64,000 nucleotides of DNA, from positions 13,082,001-13,146,000 of the forward strand of contig OX597840.1 of assembly GCA_951406725.2 (NCBI GenBank), read 5' to 3'. The notes below the pieces were generated by a model, which saw only the letters and a program-made list of their open reading frames with translations, had not been told where the DNA came from and made no database searches. This DNA is from Octopus vulgaris. Lineage: Eukaryota. Positions within the stretch are counted from its first letter, which is position 1; each line of letters starts with the position of its first letter. The position numbers and the translations under genes were made by a program. Below, one piece after another: positions 1 to 12,434 of this stretch.

Positions 1-443
1 TGTATACATGGATGGGGGAATGTATGTATATATATCATCATCATCATCATATATATATATATATATATATGCACATGTATGTATGTGCCTCTGTATGTAT
101 GTATGTATGGATACACTGAAGTACGTTTCTTTGAGATTGAAGTATTTTCTTTGTGGAGTAGATCCCTAGGAGCAACGAGGCCTTTTCATTTGAAGATAGT
201 TTTTGGTATTCGTGGATATATGAGTAACTTTGTAATATTTACATAGATGCATATGTGCATCTACTTGCACTTGTGCTACAGATGTGCATTTCACTTTAAT
301 GTACCTGTATCTGTTTCAATACTGTTCATATGTAGATGTGATTGTGTGTATTTCTTTGACCTATGAGTCCTCTATTGGGGAATACCTGAAATGCCTTTTG
401 TACTTTCACTGTAGTACTAATCTGTTGTTATTATCATTTTGGA

Positions 444-1415
444 AGGTGATGAGCTGGCAGAATCGTTAGCATGCTGGGTAAAATGCTAAGTGGCATTTTG
501 CCTGTCTTTATGTTTTGAGTTCAAATGCCACTGAGGTCGACTTCACCTTTCATCCTTCTGGGGTCGATGAAATAAGTACCACTCGAGCACTGGGGTTGAT
601 GTAATAGACTAGGCCCCCTCTCCCAAGAATTTCAGGCCTTGTTCCTATAAAAGAAAGGATTGTTATCATTTTGGTTTGGCTCCGGTTTGGTCTTATTTCT
701 TGCAGGATTAATGTGGGTAGCAAGGTACTTACTGTAACCTTAGGGATCCACAAGTTTTCTGCAGTCTTTCAAGTGCTTAGAACCCTTCAGATAATCCTTG
801 CTGTTCCTAAGAGACAAACTTTCTGTAGGAGCTCTACTGGGCATTCTATTCCAATCTCCTTCAGCCATTCGTCTATATATATTCGCTTATTCTTCCCAAT
901 GCACCAATTATAAGAATATGGTGAACTGGCAGAATCGTTAGCAAACCAGGCAAAATGCTTAGAGATATTTTTTCTGTCTTTACGTTCTGAGTTTAAATTC
1001 TGCTGACGCTGACTTTGCCTTTCATCTCTTTGGGGTCGATAAATTAAGTACCATTTGCATATTGGGGTCGATCTAATCGACTTTATCCCTTTCCCCAGAT
1101 TTGAGGTCTTATGCTTCCAGTAGAAAGAATTATTATTGTTGATGTTGCTGTTATTGCTGTTGCTGCTGCTGTTGCTGTTGTTCTTGTTGTTGTTGCTGTA
1201 AGGCAGCAAGCTGGCAGAATTGTTAGCATGCTAGGCAAACTGCTTAGTAGTATTTTGTCCGTCTTAATGTTCTTAGTTCAAATTCTGCTGAGGTCGACTT
1301 AGCCTTTCATCTTTTCAGTGTCGATAAATTAAGTACCAGTTGAGCCCTGGAGGTGATGTAATCAACTAGCCCCTTCCCTCTAAATTTTGGGCCTTGTGCT
1401 TATAGTAAAAGGGGT
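444..1415 (+). mobile_element. Three SINE family B copies
   Basis: GAGCTGGCAGAATCGTTAGC...GAGTTCAAATTC...CCTTTCATCCTT..GGGGTCGATAAA.TAAGTACCA at ~444-660, 920-1135, 1200-1415; more at 4060-4260, 4811-5225, 6190-6617. Confidence 0.85.
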
Positions 1416-1631
1416 CATTGCTGATGCAGTAAGCTGGCAGAATCATTAGCATACTGGACTAAAATATCCTCACAAAATCATGACGATATTTTAGTCTCCT
1501 CAAAGACCTGGCTACCTCACTAATGCTGGTGCCACAAGGAAATACACATAGTACACTCTGTAAAGTGGTTCATGTCAGGGCTGGCCCTAGGGTTGCTGGC
1601 GCCACAGGCAAGTTCAATTTTGGGAAGCTGA

Positions 1632-2090
1632 CATCATCATCATCATTTAACGTCCGCTTTCCATGCTAGCATGGGTTGGACAATTTGACTGAGGACTGGC
1701 GAGCCAGATGGCTGCACCAGGCTCCAATCTTGATCTGGCAGAGTTTCTACAGCTGGATGCACTTCCTAATGCCAGCCACTCTGAGAGTGTAGTGGGTGCT
1801 TTTATGTTCCACCGGCACGAGAACCAGTTAGGCGGTACTGGCAACAGCCATGCTCAAATGGTGTTTTTTACGTACCACCTGCTCAGGAGCCAGTCCAGTG
1901 GCACTGGCAATGACCTCGCTCGGATGTTTTTTCACGTGCCACCGGCACAAGTGCCAGTAACAATCATGCTTGAATGGTGCTTTTTACATGCCACCGGCAT
2001 GGAACCCAGTTAGCCACTCTGGCAACGATCATGTTCAGATGGTGCTCCTAGCGCTCCACTAGCATGGATGCCAGTCATCAAATTTGATTT
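1632..2090 (-). mobile_element. Family D (RTE 3'-UTR-type) repeat with internal GCCACCGGCAC subrepeats
   Basis: ATCATTTAACGTCCGCTTTCCATGCTAGCATGGGTTGGAC...CTGGATGC; related copies at ~8365-8680 (+), 49183-49400, 50690-50890, 58305-58385, 39870-40005. Confidence 0.75.
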
Positions 2091-2369
2091 GTGGTAATTT
2101 CCTTGCCTTTGTCATGTCCACCTTGACATCCCCTAGCACATGTTACCTCAGCTGACCTGCCAGCCTTGGTTGGTGTTAGAAAAGGTGTCCCCTTGTGGAA
2201 CCCACAATGGAAATGAAATGCATGTAACAATGCAATCCACCAACCCTCCTAGGCAAACTGTAACCTACCCCCCACCCTCATACTGAATAAGTGCTGATTC
2301 CAACCATGGCAACCCATTCACCTTATGCCAGCATCAAAATCAAAAGTACAACTATGATGATGATGTCCG

Positions 2370-2725
2370 TTTATATATATTTATCTTTTGCCATTTGCAG
2401 CATATATATGTCTATATATCTGTCTCTTGCTATATAAATATACACATATATATGCAAATATATCTAGGTGTGTGTGTGTTTATTTACACATGTATTGTGT
2501 CCTTGACTATTTGTGTGTGTAAACATGTGTGTGCCTATCTTTGTTTATTTGACTCTGTGTATGTGTGAGTATATATATATATCTGTATTTATCTATTTGC
2601 CTTTGTCTGTTTGTGCATGTATGTTTATGTATATAAATCTGTTTAAGTATATACTAGTATAACTATTGATTTACCTCCGTGTGTGTGTGTGTGTTTACAA
2701 TTCTGTCTATGCTTAATCTTATGTT

Positions 2726-2756
<31 letters not shown>

Positions 2757-3203
2757 CACAGACACACACTCACATATATATATGTCTGTGTCCTATTTGT
2801 CTATGTATGTGTGTGTGTGTGTCTGTCTGAATGTATATTTATGTATATATGTATGCATTTATATGTATACATATGTGTGTCTATATACCTATATTTGTGT
2901 ATATGTCTATATGTGTGTGTGTATATGTATATATATATATATGTATATTTATGTGTTTGTGTCAACCTATTAGATTAGATTGCGTATATACTCTGTCTGT
3001 GTGTGTGTGTGTGTGTGTGTGTATAAATGTAGATACATGTATGTATATGTCTGTTGATTCTATATAATTATCTATGTATGTATCTGTATTTGTGTGTGTG
3101 TGTGTGTGTGTGTTGTGACCATCTTTTAGCCTGTATATGTATGTAAATATTTATGTATCTTTGTGTGTGCATATGTGTGTGTGTTTCCTTATGTATGCAT
3201 CTG

Positions 3204-3248
<45 letters not shown>

Positions 3249-3336
3249 CTAAATACATACATATCACTCTCTTTTCCTTTTCTTTTCTCTCTCCTTTTTC
3301 TGTCTCTCTGTATGCTTGTGTATTTGTGTGTATGTG

Positions 3337-3373
<37 letters not shown>

Positions 3374-3406
3374 ATATATATGTGTGTGTGTGTGTGTGTA
3401 TATATG

Positions 3407-3455
<49 letters not shown>

Positions 3456-3680
3456 GTGTGTGTGTGTATATATATGTGTGTGTGTGTATATATGTGTGTG
3501 TATATATATATGTGTGTGTGTGTATATATATATGTGTGTGTGTGTGTATATATATATATGTATGTGTGTATATATGTATATATATATATGTATATGTATA
3601 TATATGTATATGTATATATATGTGTGTGTATACACATGTGTATGTATACCTGTGTGTGTGTATATATGCCTGTGTATATT
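2370..3680. repeat. Compound (TA)/(TG)/(CA) microsatellite field
   Basis: Alternating purine-pyrimidine repeats; similar fields at 33630-34190, 47770-48180, 52255-53560, 59158-59570. Confidence 0.95.
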
Positions 3681-4335
3681 GTAACCGTCCTTTATTAGTT
3701 AACAGAAGAATCGTCATTGTCACCACCACCACCACCATCACCATCATCAGCAGCAGTAGCAGCAGTAGTAGCAGCAGTAGCAGCAGCAGCAGCAGCACTA
3801 TTTACCGAACATAACAAATGTGTCGTTCGTCTGTTGCTTAACCATTCATCGGTGATCAATACCTAACTTAGGAACCTAACTTGGTCTCGTAAAACATTAC
3901 AATCAATTTTTTTTTTTCCCTGTTGAAAAGCGCCAGGCAATCAATACATCTAACAAACTTCACGCTTTTTCTCAGGCTACAAAAATGATATACATATCAC
4001 CAAACACAACAACAACAACAACAACAATTACTATTATTGTTGTTGTTGTTGTCGTTATTAAGACAGCGAGCTGCCAGAATCATTAGCATCCGGGGGGAGG
4101 GGGATTGCTTTGCATTTTATCTGTTCAAATTCTGCTGAGGTCGACCTTCGCCTTCATCCTTTCAGGGTCGGGGAATCAAGTACCAGTGAAACACTGGGGT
4201 TGATGTGTTCGACTCCTCCCCGTCCCCCAAACTGCAGGCCCTTTGCTTATGATAGAATGAATTATCATCATCATCATCATCATCTTCATCATCAATTTTA
4301 TTATTATTTATTTATTTATGTGCCCTTTTCAAGCC

Positions 4336-4383
<48 letters not shown>

Positions 4384-4980
4384 GTAGTAGTAGTAGTAGT
4401 AGTAGAGCTGTGCATGCCATCAAAGTGACACTGGGGTAAAATATAAGTGAGAATGTGATTAATACATTATTCAGTATAAACTATATAGTTACAGGAATGG
4501 CTGTGTAAGAAACCTACTTCCTAAGCATATGGTTTCAGTTTCAATCCCACTGCCTGGCATCTTGAGGTCATGTCTTGTGAGTGGAATGGTGACGGAAACT
4601 GAAAGAAGCCCATTGTTTATATACATGCACAAACACATGTACATGTGTATATATCTGTGTGTGTCTGTGTATATATATCCATGTGCGTGCACATGTATGT
4701 ACCTGTGTGTGTTTGCTTGTGTATCTATCTTTGTGTTTGTCTCCCAAGGCTACTTGACAATCAGTGTTGGTTTGTTTACATCCTTGTAACTTAGCAGTTT
4801 GTTAACAGAGACGAGCTGGCAGAAACATTATCACGTCATGCAAAATGCTTAGCGGTATTTCGTCTGTCTTCACGTTCTGAGTTCAAATTCCACTGAGGTC
4901 GACTTTGCCTGTCATCACTGGGGCCAATGTAATCAACTTACTCCATCTCCAGAACTTGTTGGCCTTGTGCCAGAATTTGA

Positions 4981-5020
<40 letters not shown>

Positions 5021-5266
5021 GTTATTATTAGGGTGGCAAGCTGGCAGAGCCATTAGCATGTGGGATGAAATGCTTAACAGTATTTCATTCATTGCTATGT
5101 TCTGACTTCAAATTCCACTGAGGTCAACTTTCATCTTTTCGAGGTCGATAAATTAAGTAGGGGGCAATGAAATTGACTACTCCCTTCCCTCAAAATTTCG
5201 GACCTTGTACTTATAGTAGAAAGGATTATTATTATTATTACTATTATTATTATTATTATTATTATT

Positions 5267-6142
5267 ATTGAGTGAGAGAGCAGTGCATGCCATCAAAGTG
5301 ACACTGGGGTACAAATATACGAAGCCCAGTATACCCATCATGACTATCCGTCTGATAAGGGTACACCAAGCACATGCATCACAACCATGTGTGTGACATG
5401 GTGATTTATTATTGCTATTATTATTATTATTATTATTATTATTGATTAAGGGTTATTTAAGGATGTTGAATGAAACACCCATGTTTCCAGAGGTGAATCA
5501 TTCAAACCCCAAAGAATCCCTCTCAACACACGGCTATGATGCTCCCCCACTACTTCTGGTCGGGATCAGAGATGCACATATCGTCAGCCAATAAGGGACA
5601 TGCTCAACTGGTTACAGTCAACAATGACAAATTCACTTGTGCTTATTAGTAGAAAATTATTATTATTATTATTATTATTATTGAGTGAGAGAGCAGTGCA
5701 TGCCATCAAAGTGACACTGGGGTAAAATATACGAAGCCCAGTATACCCATCATGACTACCCGTCTGATAAGGGTACACTAGGCACATGCATCACAACCAT
5801 ATGTGCGCGACATGGTGATCTCATATCAAGATAAACAGCACATGACCTTGCGGGTGGGGCCCAGTTAGAATTTTCTTCAGTTTGAGTAGCCCCATCCCGC
5901 TCAAAAGGTCCCTGATTAAGGGTTATTTAAGGATGTTGAATGAAACACCCATGTTTCCAGAGGTGAATCATTCAAACCCCAAAGAATCCCTCTCAACACA
6001 CAGCTATAATGCTCCCCTACTACTTCTGCTCATGATCAGAGATGCACATATCGTCAGCCACTAAGGGACATGCTCAACTGGTTATGGTCAAACAACTGAC
6101 AAGCAAATCTGTGGTATTGAGCAGAATATTTGCTGTAGCCCT
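5267..6142 (-). mobile_element. Family C copies/fragments in (TTA)n
   Basis: 5267-5406, 5444-5640, 5681-6142; also 4403-4445, 56894-57333. Confidence 0.85.
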
Positions 6143-6154
6143 TTATTATTATTT

Positions 6155-6189
<35 letters not shown>

Positions 6190-6630
6190 GGTGGTAAGCT
6201 GGCAGAATTGTTATCACACTGGATGAAATGCTTAGTGGTATTTCACCTGTTGCTATGTTCTGAGTTCAAGTTCTGCTGAGGTTGACTTTGTCTTTCATCC
6301 TCTTGGGGTCAGTAAATTAAGTACCAGTGAATCACAGGGGTTGATATAACCGACTAGTCCCCTCCTCAAAATTTCAAGGCTTTGTGCCTTCAATAGAAAG
6401 GATTATAATTATTATTATCAGAGCGGCAAGCAGGCAAAACGCTTAACAGCATTTCATCTGACCTTACATTCTGAGTTCAAATCATGCTGTGGTCGACTTT
6501 GGCTTTTTTCATCTTTTCAGGGTTGATAAAATAAGTACCAGTTAAATACTGGAGTCAATGTAATTGATTTACCCCTTCCCCTGAAATTACTGGCCGTGTG
6601 CCAAAATTTGAAACCAATATAACAACCATA

Positions 6631-7025
6631 GGCGCAGGAGTGTCTGTGTGGTAAGTAGCTTGCTTACCAACCACATGGTTCCGGGTTCAGTCCCTCTGCG
6701 TGGCTCCTTGGGCAAGTGTCTTCTGCTATAGCCCCGGGCCAACCAAAGCCTTGTGAGTTAATTTGGTAGACGGAAACTGAAAGAAGCCCGTCGTGTATAT
6801 ATATGTGTGTGTGTGTGTGTGTCTGTGTTTGTCCTCCTAGCATCGCTTGACAACCGATGCTGGTGTTTTTACGTCCCTGTCACTTAGCGGTTCGGCAAAA
6901 GAGACCGATTGAATAAGTACTGGGCTTACAAAGAATAAGTCCCGGGGTCAGTTTGCTCGACTAAAGGCGGTGCTCCAGCATGGCCACAGTCAAATGACTG
7001 AAACAAGTAAAAGAGAGTAAAAGAG
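6631..7025 (+). mobile_element. tRNA-derived SINE family A, full length
   Basis: A box TG(T)CTGTGTGG, B box GGTTCAGTCC, internal (TA/TG)n, hairpin tail plus (AAAAGAGT)-like repeats. Other + copies at ~9098-9490, 9949-10577, 13488-13878, 19483-19920, 62030-62395. Confidence 0.9.
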
Positions 7026-7671
7026 ATATCTAGCGTCACTATTGCTGGCACAGCTGGACCAGTAATTATATGCTTAAGGATTTTTTGTGAACAGCTGTGA
7101 CACACAGACACACTCAATAAACTTCTGAATACCTGGTGTTATGATTCTTTTATTTTATTTTTATTTATTATTCATTTGTTTATTTATTTTATGCTGTGTT
7201 TTTAATAAGTTTGCAGTGGAATTGTGAGGTTATGAGTTTGACTTCACTGCATGAATGCTGTTGCTTAACACTTAGCATTATAGCTGCGGGAAGGGTTTGA
7301 CAGAAAAGTCCTGAGTTCAATTCCTGGCAATGTATTGTGGCCTTGAGCAAGTCACTTTATTTCACATTGCTTCTGTCCATTCAGCTGGCAAAACTGAGCT
7401 GTACCTGTTATTCAAAAAGGCCAGCCATGTCACACTGTGTCACACTAAATTTCCCTGAAAACTCCATTAAGAGGATGCATGTCTGTGGAGTGCTCAGCCA
7501 CTTGCATGTTAATTTCACGTACTGGAAGCTTTAACTGGAACCTTCATCGTTGTGACAGTGCCATATGTGTGTGTGTACATATGTGTGTGTATAAATATGT
7601 GTGTATAATATATGTATATAATGTAAGAAGTGTTTATGTGTGCACATATAAATAATAGATGTGTGTGTGCG

Positions 7672-7709
<38 letters not shown>

Positions 7710-7990
7710 AATAATAATAATAGGGAGTATAACTCCAAACTTACAGGGAAAAATTCAGTTTAGTATTAAATCAAATTTCACAATATAAATATATAAAATA
7801 TAAATAAGAGATAAAACCACTATTATGCAATTCAAACAGTGATGGGCATAAACCAATACATAAATAACAAATATATATATTAAAAAAATTTATATATATA
7901 TATTGGTTATTTATGTATTGGTTTATGTCTATCAATGTTTGAGTTGCATAAAAGTGGTTTTCTCAAATTTATATATATATATAAATAAAT

Positions 7991-8036
7991 CCCTGCGCAA
8001 GGATGACACGCAAATTCGTGAAGCGTTCCATATTTT
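7991..8036 (+). ncRNA. U6: U6 snRNA 3'-half retrocopy (5'-truncated)
   Basis: CCCTGCGCAAGGATGACACGCAAATTCGTGAAGCGTTCCATATTTT matches the conserved metazoan U6 3' half with no mismatch I can see. The 5' half and promoter are absent. Confidence 0.93.
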
Positions 8037-8097
8037 CTAATGGCGGTGCCCCAGCATGGCCACAGCTTGTGAGCTGAAACTAAATAAAATATAAAAT
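8037..8097 (+). mobile_element. LINE/SINE-type 3' tail fused to the U6 fragment
   Basis: CTAATGGCGGTGCCCCAGCATGGCCACAGCTTGTGAGCTGAAACTAAATAAAATATAAAAT is homologous to the SINE A tail CTAAAGGCGGTGCTCCAGCATGGCCGCAGTCAAATGACTGAAACAAGTAAAAGAG. Confidence 0.85.
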
Positions 8098-8239
8098 ATA
8101 TATATATATATATATATATATCTATATATATATATATATACCGGAGTAAACACATAAATGCGAAACAAGGTGGAAAAAAGAGTACTCAAATACCAGTGGA
8201 GTAATATTGCTTTATTTAAAGCAGCAGAAAATTCAACAA

Positions 8240-8280
8240 AACCTGTTACTCTGAGTTTCCCATTGCCGTTCATCGGACAG

Positions 8281-8283
<3 letters not shown>
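8240..8283 (-). ncRNA. Degenerate minimal type-I hammerhead-like motif in a (TA)n-embedded repeat fragment (8141-8285)
   Basis: Minus strand: AAACTGT CCGATGA ACG-GCAA-TGG GAAA CTCAGAG TA ACAGGTT; stem I CTGT/ACAG, near-palindromic stem III, GUA triplet. Confidence 0.5.
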
Positions 8284-8365
<82 letters not shown>

Positions 8366-10782
8366 TCATGAAGGCAAAGTGGGTGTCTCATGGAGGTAAT
8401 GACAGACCTGACAGACCTTTGGTATCATGTCGTGCTTAAGAAGAAGACCCATGAAGCCAAGCAAAATCACAGTCGTGGCAGATATTGGTGTCACACAAAT
8501 GGCACCTGTGCCAGTGGCATGTAAAAGCACCCGTTACACTCTGAGTGGTTGGTGCTAGAATGGGCATCCAGCTGTAGAAAACCATGCCAAATGAGAGTGG
8601 ATCCTGGTGCAGCTTACCAGCCCTGGTCCAACTGTCCAACCCATGCCAGCATGGACAACAGACATTAAATGACGATGATGATTATGGTGATATAACTATA
8701 TACACTACCCTATATGTGGTTATATAAAAGAATGTATCGAGTTAAAATCTAGACACTCATAAATTAACTTTATATAGAAACAAACTGATTCTGTTGTAGA
8801 ACGGAGCCAGATGTTCAATTGTAACTGACAGAGGGTAATTTAGATTCCTTTCTAGTTAGCAGTTAAGCACAGAAATCGTCAGTCTTTATTCCTTAATCAA
8901 ATTATCTCTAAACGTTTAATCTTTATTCTGCTTTCTTATCCTTCCTTATACTCTGATCATGAAGATAGAATCTTAATTTATGGTTAGCTGAAGATTCTTA
9001 TTGCATGTAATAATAAGCTCGTCATCTCTATATAAACCTCTATAAAAGTCGAACTCATTATGTAATAAATGTAATATTTAAAAGATCAACAAATTTCTGC
9101 AGAGTGGCTGTGTGGTAAGTAGCTTGCTAACCAACCACATGGTTCCGGGTTCAGTCCCACTGCGTGGCATCTTGGGCAAGTGTCTTCTGCTATAGCCCCG
9201 GGCCGACCAATGCCTTGTGAGTGGATTTGGTAGACGGAAACTGAAAGAAGCCTGTCGTATATATATATATTTGTATGTGTGTTTGTCTTTGTTCCCCTAG
9301 CATTGCTTGACAACCGATGCTGGTGTGTTTACGTCCCCGTCACTGAGCGGTTCGGCAAAAAGAGACCGATAGAATAAGTACTGGGCTTACAAAAAGAATA
9401 AGTCCCGGGGTCGAGTTGCTCGACTAAAGGTGGTGCTCCAGCATGGCCGCAGTCAAATGACTGAAACAAGTAAAAGAGAGTAAGAGAGTGTAGGTTACCT
9501 ATGAATGCATTAACATTTTCTTTTTTTTTTATGTGTCTTTGATTCTGCATTTTGTATTTTAAAGATACTTGTGGTTTGTCTGTTACTATAACCATATCTC
9601 ATCGCCAATAATGTTATAACGATGTTGGGTTGTGCATAGAATAGTATTACCCAAATAAATGTTTGGATATGGTTATCTAGGGTAACCTTTTGCAGAATTA
9701 ATATGTTCACAGGGAACGTGCTCCATACTATGCCAAATGTAGATACGATATTAAACTAACACAGTAATCCGATACCAGCGATTAACACAGTCAACTGCCG
9801 ACAAAGGTTACACAGGTTCTTTGTTTTATTGAAATGCATCAGTCCATTTTTAGTCATGGGGGTGGTCAGGATCCTTCCACAACAGTTTTGTGAGCGCAAC
9901 AGCCTAACCATCAGGCCGCGCACCTTCATAGATAATTATAAATATATAGGTGCAGGTATGGCTGTGTGGTAATAAGGCAGCGAGCTGGCAGAAACATTAG
10001 CACACTGGGTGAAATGCGTAGCAGTATTTCGTCTGTTATTATATCCTGAGTTCAAATTCCGCTGAGGTCGACTTTGCCCTTCATCCTTCCGGGGTCGATA
10101 AATTAAGTACCAGTTATGCACTGGGGTTAATTTAATCAACTTTGTACCTTTGTCCTTGTTTGTCCCCTCTATGTTTAGCCCCTTGTGGGCAATAAAAAAA
10201 AAAAGAAGCTTGCTTCCCAACCACATGGTTTGAGGTTCAGTCCCACTGCAAGGCATCTTAGGCAAATGTCTTCTACAATAGCCTCGGGCAATCAAAGCCT
10301 TGTGAGTGGATTTGGTAGATGGAAACTGAAAGAAGCCCATCATGTATGTGTGTCTTTGTGTCTGTGTTTGTCCCCTCCACCACCACCACTCGATAAGTAG
10401 TGTTGGTGTGTCCCCGTAACTTAGCAGTTTGGCAAAAGAGACCAATAGAATAACTACAATAAGTACCAGGTTTTAAGGCAAAAGTAAGCCCTTGGGTCGA
10501 TTCAGTCAACTAAAATTTCTTCAAGGCGGTGCCCCAGCATGACCACAGTCTAATTACTGAAACAAGTAAAAGAAAAATGATATCATTAATAAATAATGGT
10601 TTCAAATTTTGGCACAAGGCCATCGAGTTTAAGGGAGTTGGATAAGTTGATTTCATTGACCCCTGTGCTCAGCTGGAACTTATTTTATTGACCCTGAGAG
10701 AACAAAAAGCTAAGTCGACTTTGCTGAAATTTGAACTCAAAATCTAACGACACAAAATTCCACTCAATATTTTGGCTGGCAT

Positions 10783-11198
10783 ACTCTTTTACTTGTTTCG
10801 GTCATTTGACTGTGGCCCTGCTGGAGCACTGCCTTCAGTCAATCAAATCGACCCCCAGGACTTATTCTTTGTAAGCCTAGTACTTATTCTATCGGTCTCT
10901 TTTGCTGAACCACTAAGTTACGGGGACGTAAACACACCATCATCGGTTGTCAGGTGATACTGGGGGGGACAAACGCAGACACACAAACATACACAGACAC
11001 ACACATACATACATATATATATATATACATATATACGATGGGCTTCTTTCAGTTTCCGTCTACCAAATCCACTCGCAAGGCTTTGGTCGGCCTGAGGCTA
11101 TAGCAGAAGACACTTGCCCCAGGTACCACACAGTGGGACTGAATCCGGAACCATATGGTTAGTAAGCAAGCTACATACCACACAGTCACTCCTACACC
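10783..11198 (-). mobile_element. SINE family A
   Basis: Reverse-complement copy of 6631-7025. Confidence 0.9.
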
Positions 11199-11217
11199 AA
11201 TGACAAAAGTAACTCGC

Positions 11218-11289
11218 CTCCCTGGCGGGGAATTGAGCCCCGGTCTCCCGCGTGACAGGCGGGGATACTTACCACTATACAACCGAGGA
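11218..11289 (-). tRNA. tRNA-Asp(GTC), variant or pseudogene
   Basis: Reverse complement TCCTCGGTTGTATAGTGGTAAGTATCCCCGCCTGTCACGCGGGAGACCGGGGCTCAATTCCCCGCCAGGGAG (72 nt) is near-identical to metazoan tRNA-Asp. It carries T54C, A9T and a C5-A68 mismatch; TTTT lies ~10 nt downstream (11205-11208). Confidence 0.88.
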
Positions 11290-12049
11290 ACAGCTAACTT
11301 TTCTGCCAGCTTGCCACTAAACACATAAGAACACTGAATTCTAACTCAGCACTTGAGGTTTTAACTGTTATTGTAGCTTGAAAATCAAAAGGAAAAAACA
11401 TTCAGAGAAGGTCACTTGATAAAACGCAAAAAATAAACACACCTAATGCAAACAGGAAGTGTTTTGATTACAAGTTTTGTTGCTGAAAGGAGGCTAAACT
11501 TTGTTTCTTGAACAGAAGAGTGCTTAGTTCCAGTTTTTTACCCCCAAACAACAACATTGCTTGAACGGTAGTCCAGGATTTGATTACAGGTGTAGATATC
11601 TGAGGTATAGAACTTTTAAGGGTTTAATCACGCTTGTGTCATCATCAGTATTGTCATCGTTTTAACATCCACTTTTCCTTGCTTGCATCGGTCAGAAGAT
11701 ATTTATTGCAGTGGATTTTTTTTCTATACCTGGATGTCCTTCCTGTTGCCAAAACTCACCTGCTTCTGAGTAAGGTGATATTTTTCCCTGTGGCTAAACA
11801 TGTTTTTGTGGAAGACTGGAAACAGACACCGCTTGCATGATGGTCACACTTGTTTACAACCATCACATGATAGTGACGCAAAGAGACAGTGATGTGCGTG
11901 CATGCATGCACACACGCACACATACACACACACATTCTTTTAGTTTCTATCAGATTCACTCACAAAGCATTGGTTGGCCAAATTTTTCTTCCAGCTGATT
12001 CACTTGCGTATTTTTTTGTGTACGTATGTATGTATGTGTTTATGTATGC

Positions 12050-12368
12050 ATGGCTCAGTGGTTAGAGTGTCGAGCTTACAATCATGAGGTTGTGAGCTCG
12101 AATCCCAGACCGAGCTGCGTGTTGCGTTCTTGAGCAAGACACTTTATTTCACATTGCTGTAGAAATGAGTTGCAACGTCACAGGTGCCAAGCTGTATCGG
12201 CCCCTTTGCCTTTCCCTTGGATAACACTGGTGGCATGGAGAGGAGAGTCCAGTATGCAAGGGTGACTGCTGGTCTTCCATAAAAAAAAAACAACCTTACT
12301 CGGACTTGTGCTTCGGGGGGTAACTTTCTAGGTGCAATCCCATGGTCTGTTGTGACCGAAAGGGGTCT
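12050..12368 (+). mobile_element. tRNA-derived SINE family E
   Basis: TGGCTCAGTGG A box, G(T/C)TCGAATCC B box; second copy at 43109-43437. Confidence 0.85.
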
Positions 12369-12434
12369 CAGAATACACTATATACACACATGCTGCTTAT
12401 GGTTATAAAAAGTTGTATACACAAGTGCTAATCA

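Noticed and set aside
2679-3814. Long ORFs rich in YI/HT/CV
   Set aside because: Translations of dinucleotide microsatellites; the same applies at 33705-34085, 47741-48294, 52217-53896 and 59079-59567.
12050-12120. tRNA-like heads of SINEs as tRNA genes
   Set aside because: No complete cloverleaf; they run into SINE bodies.
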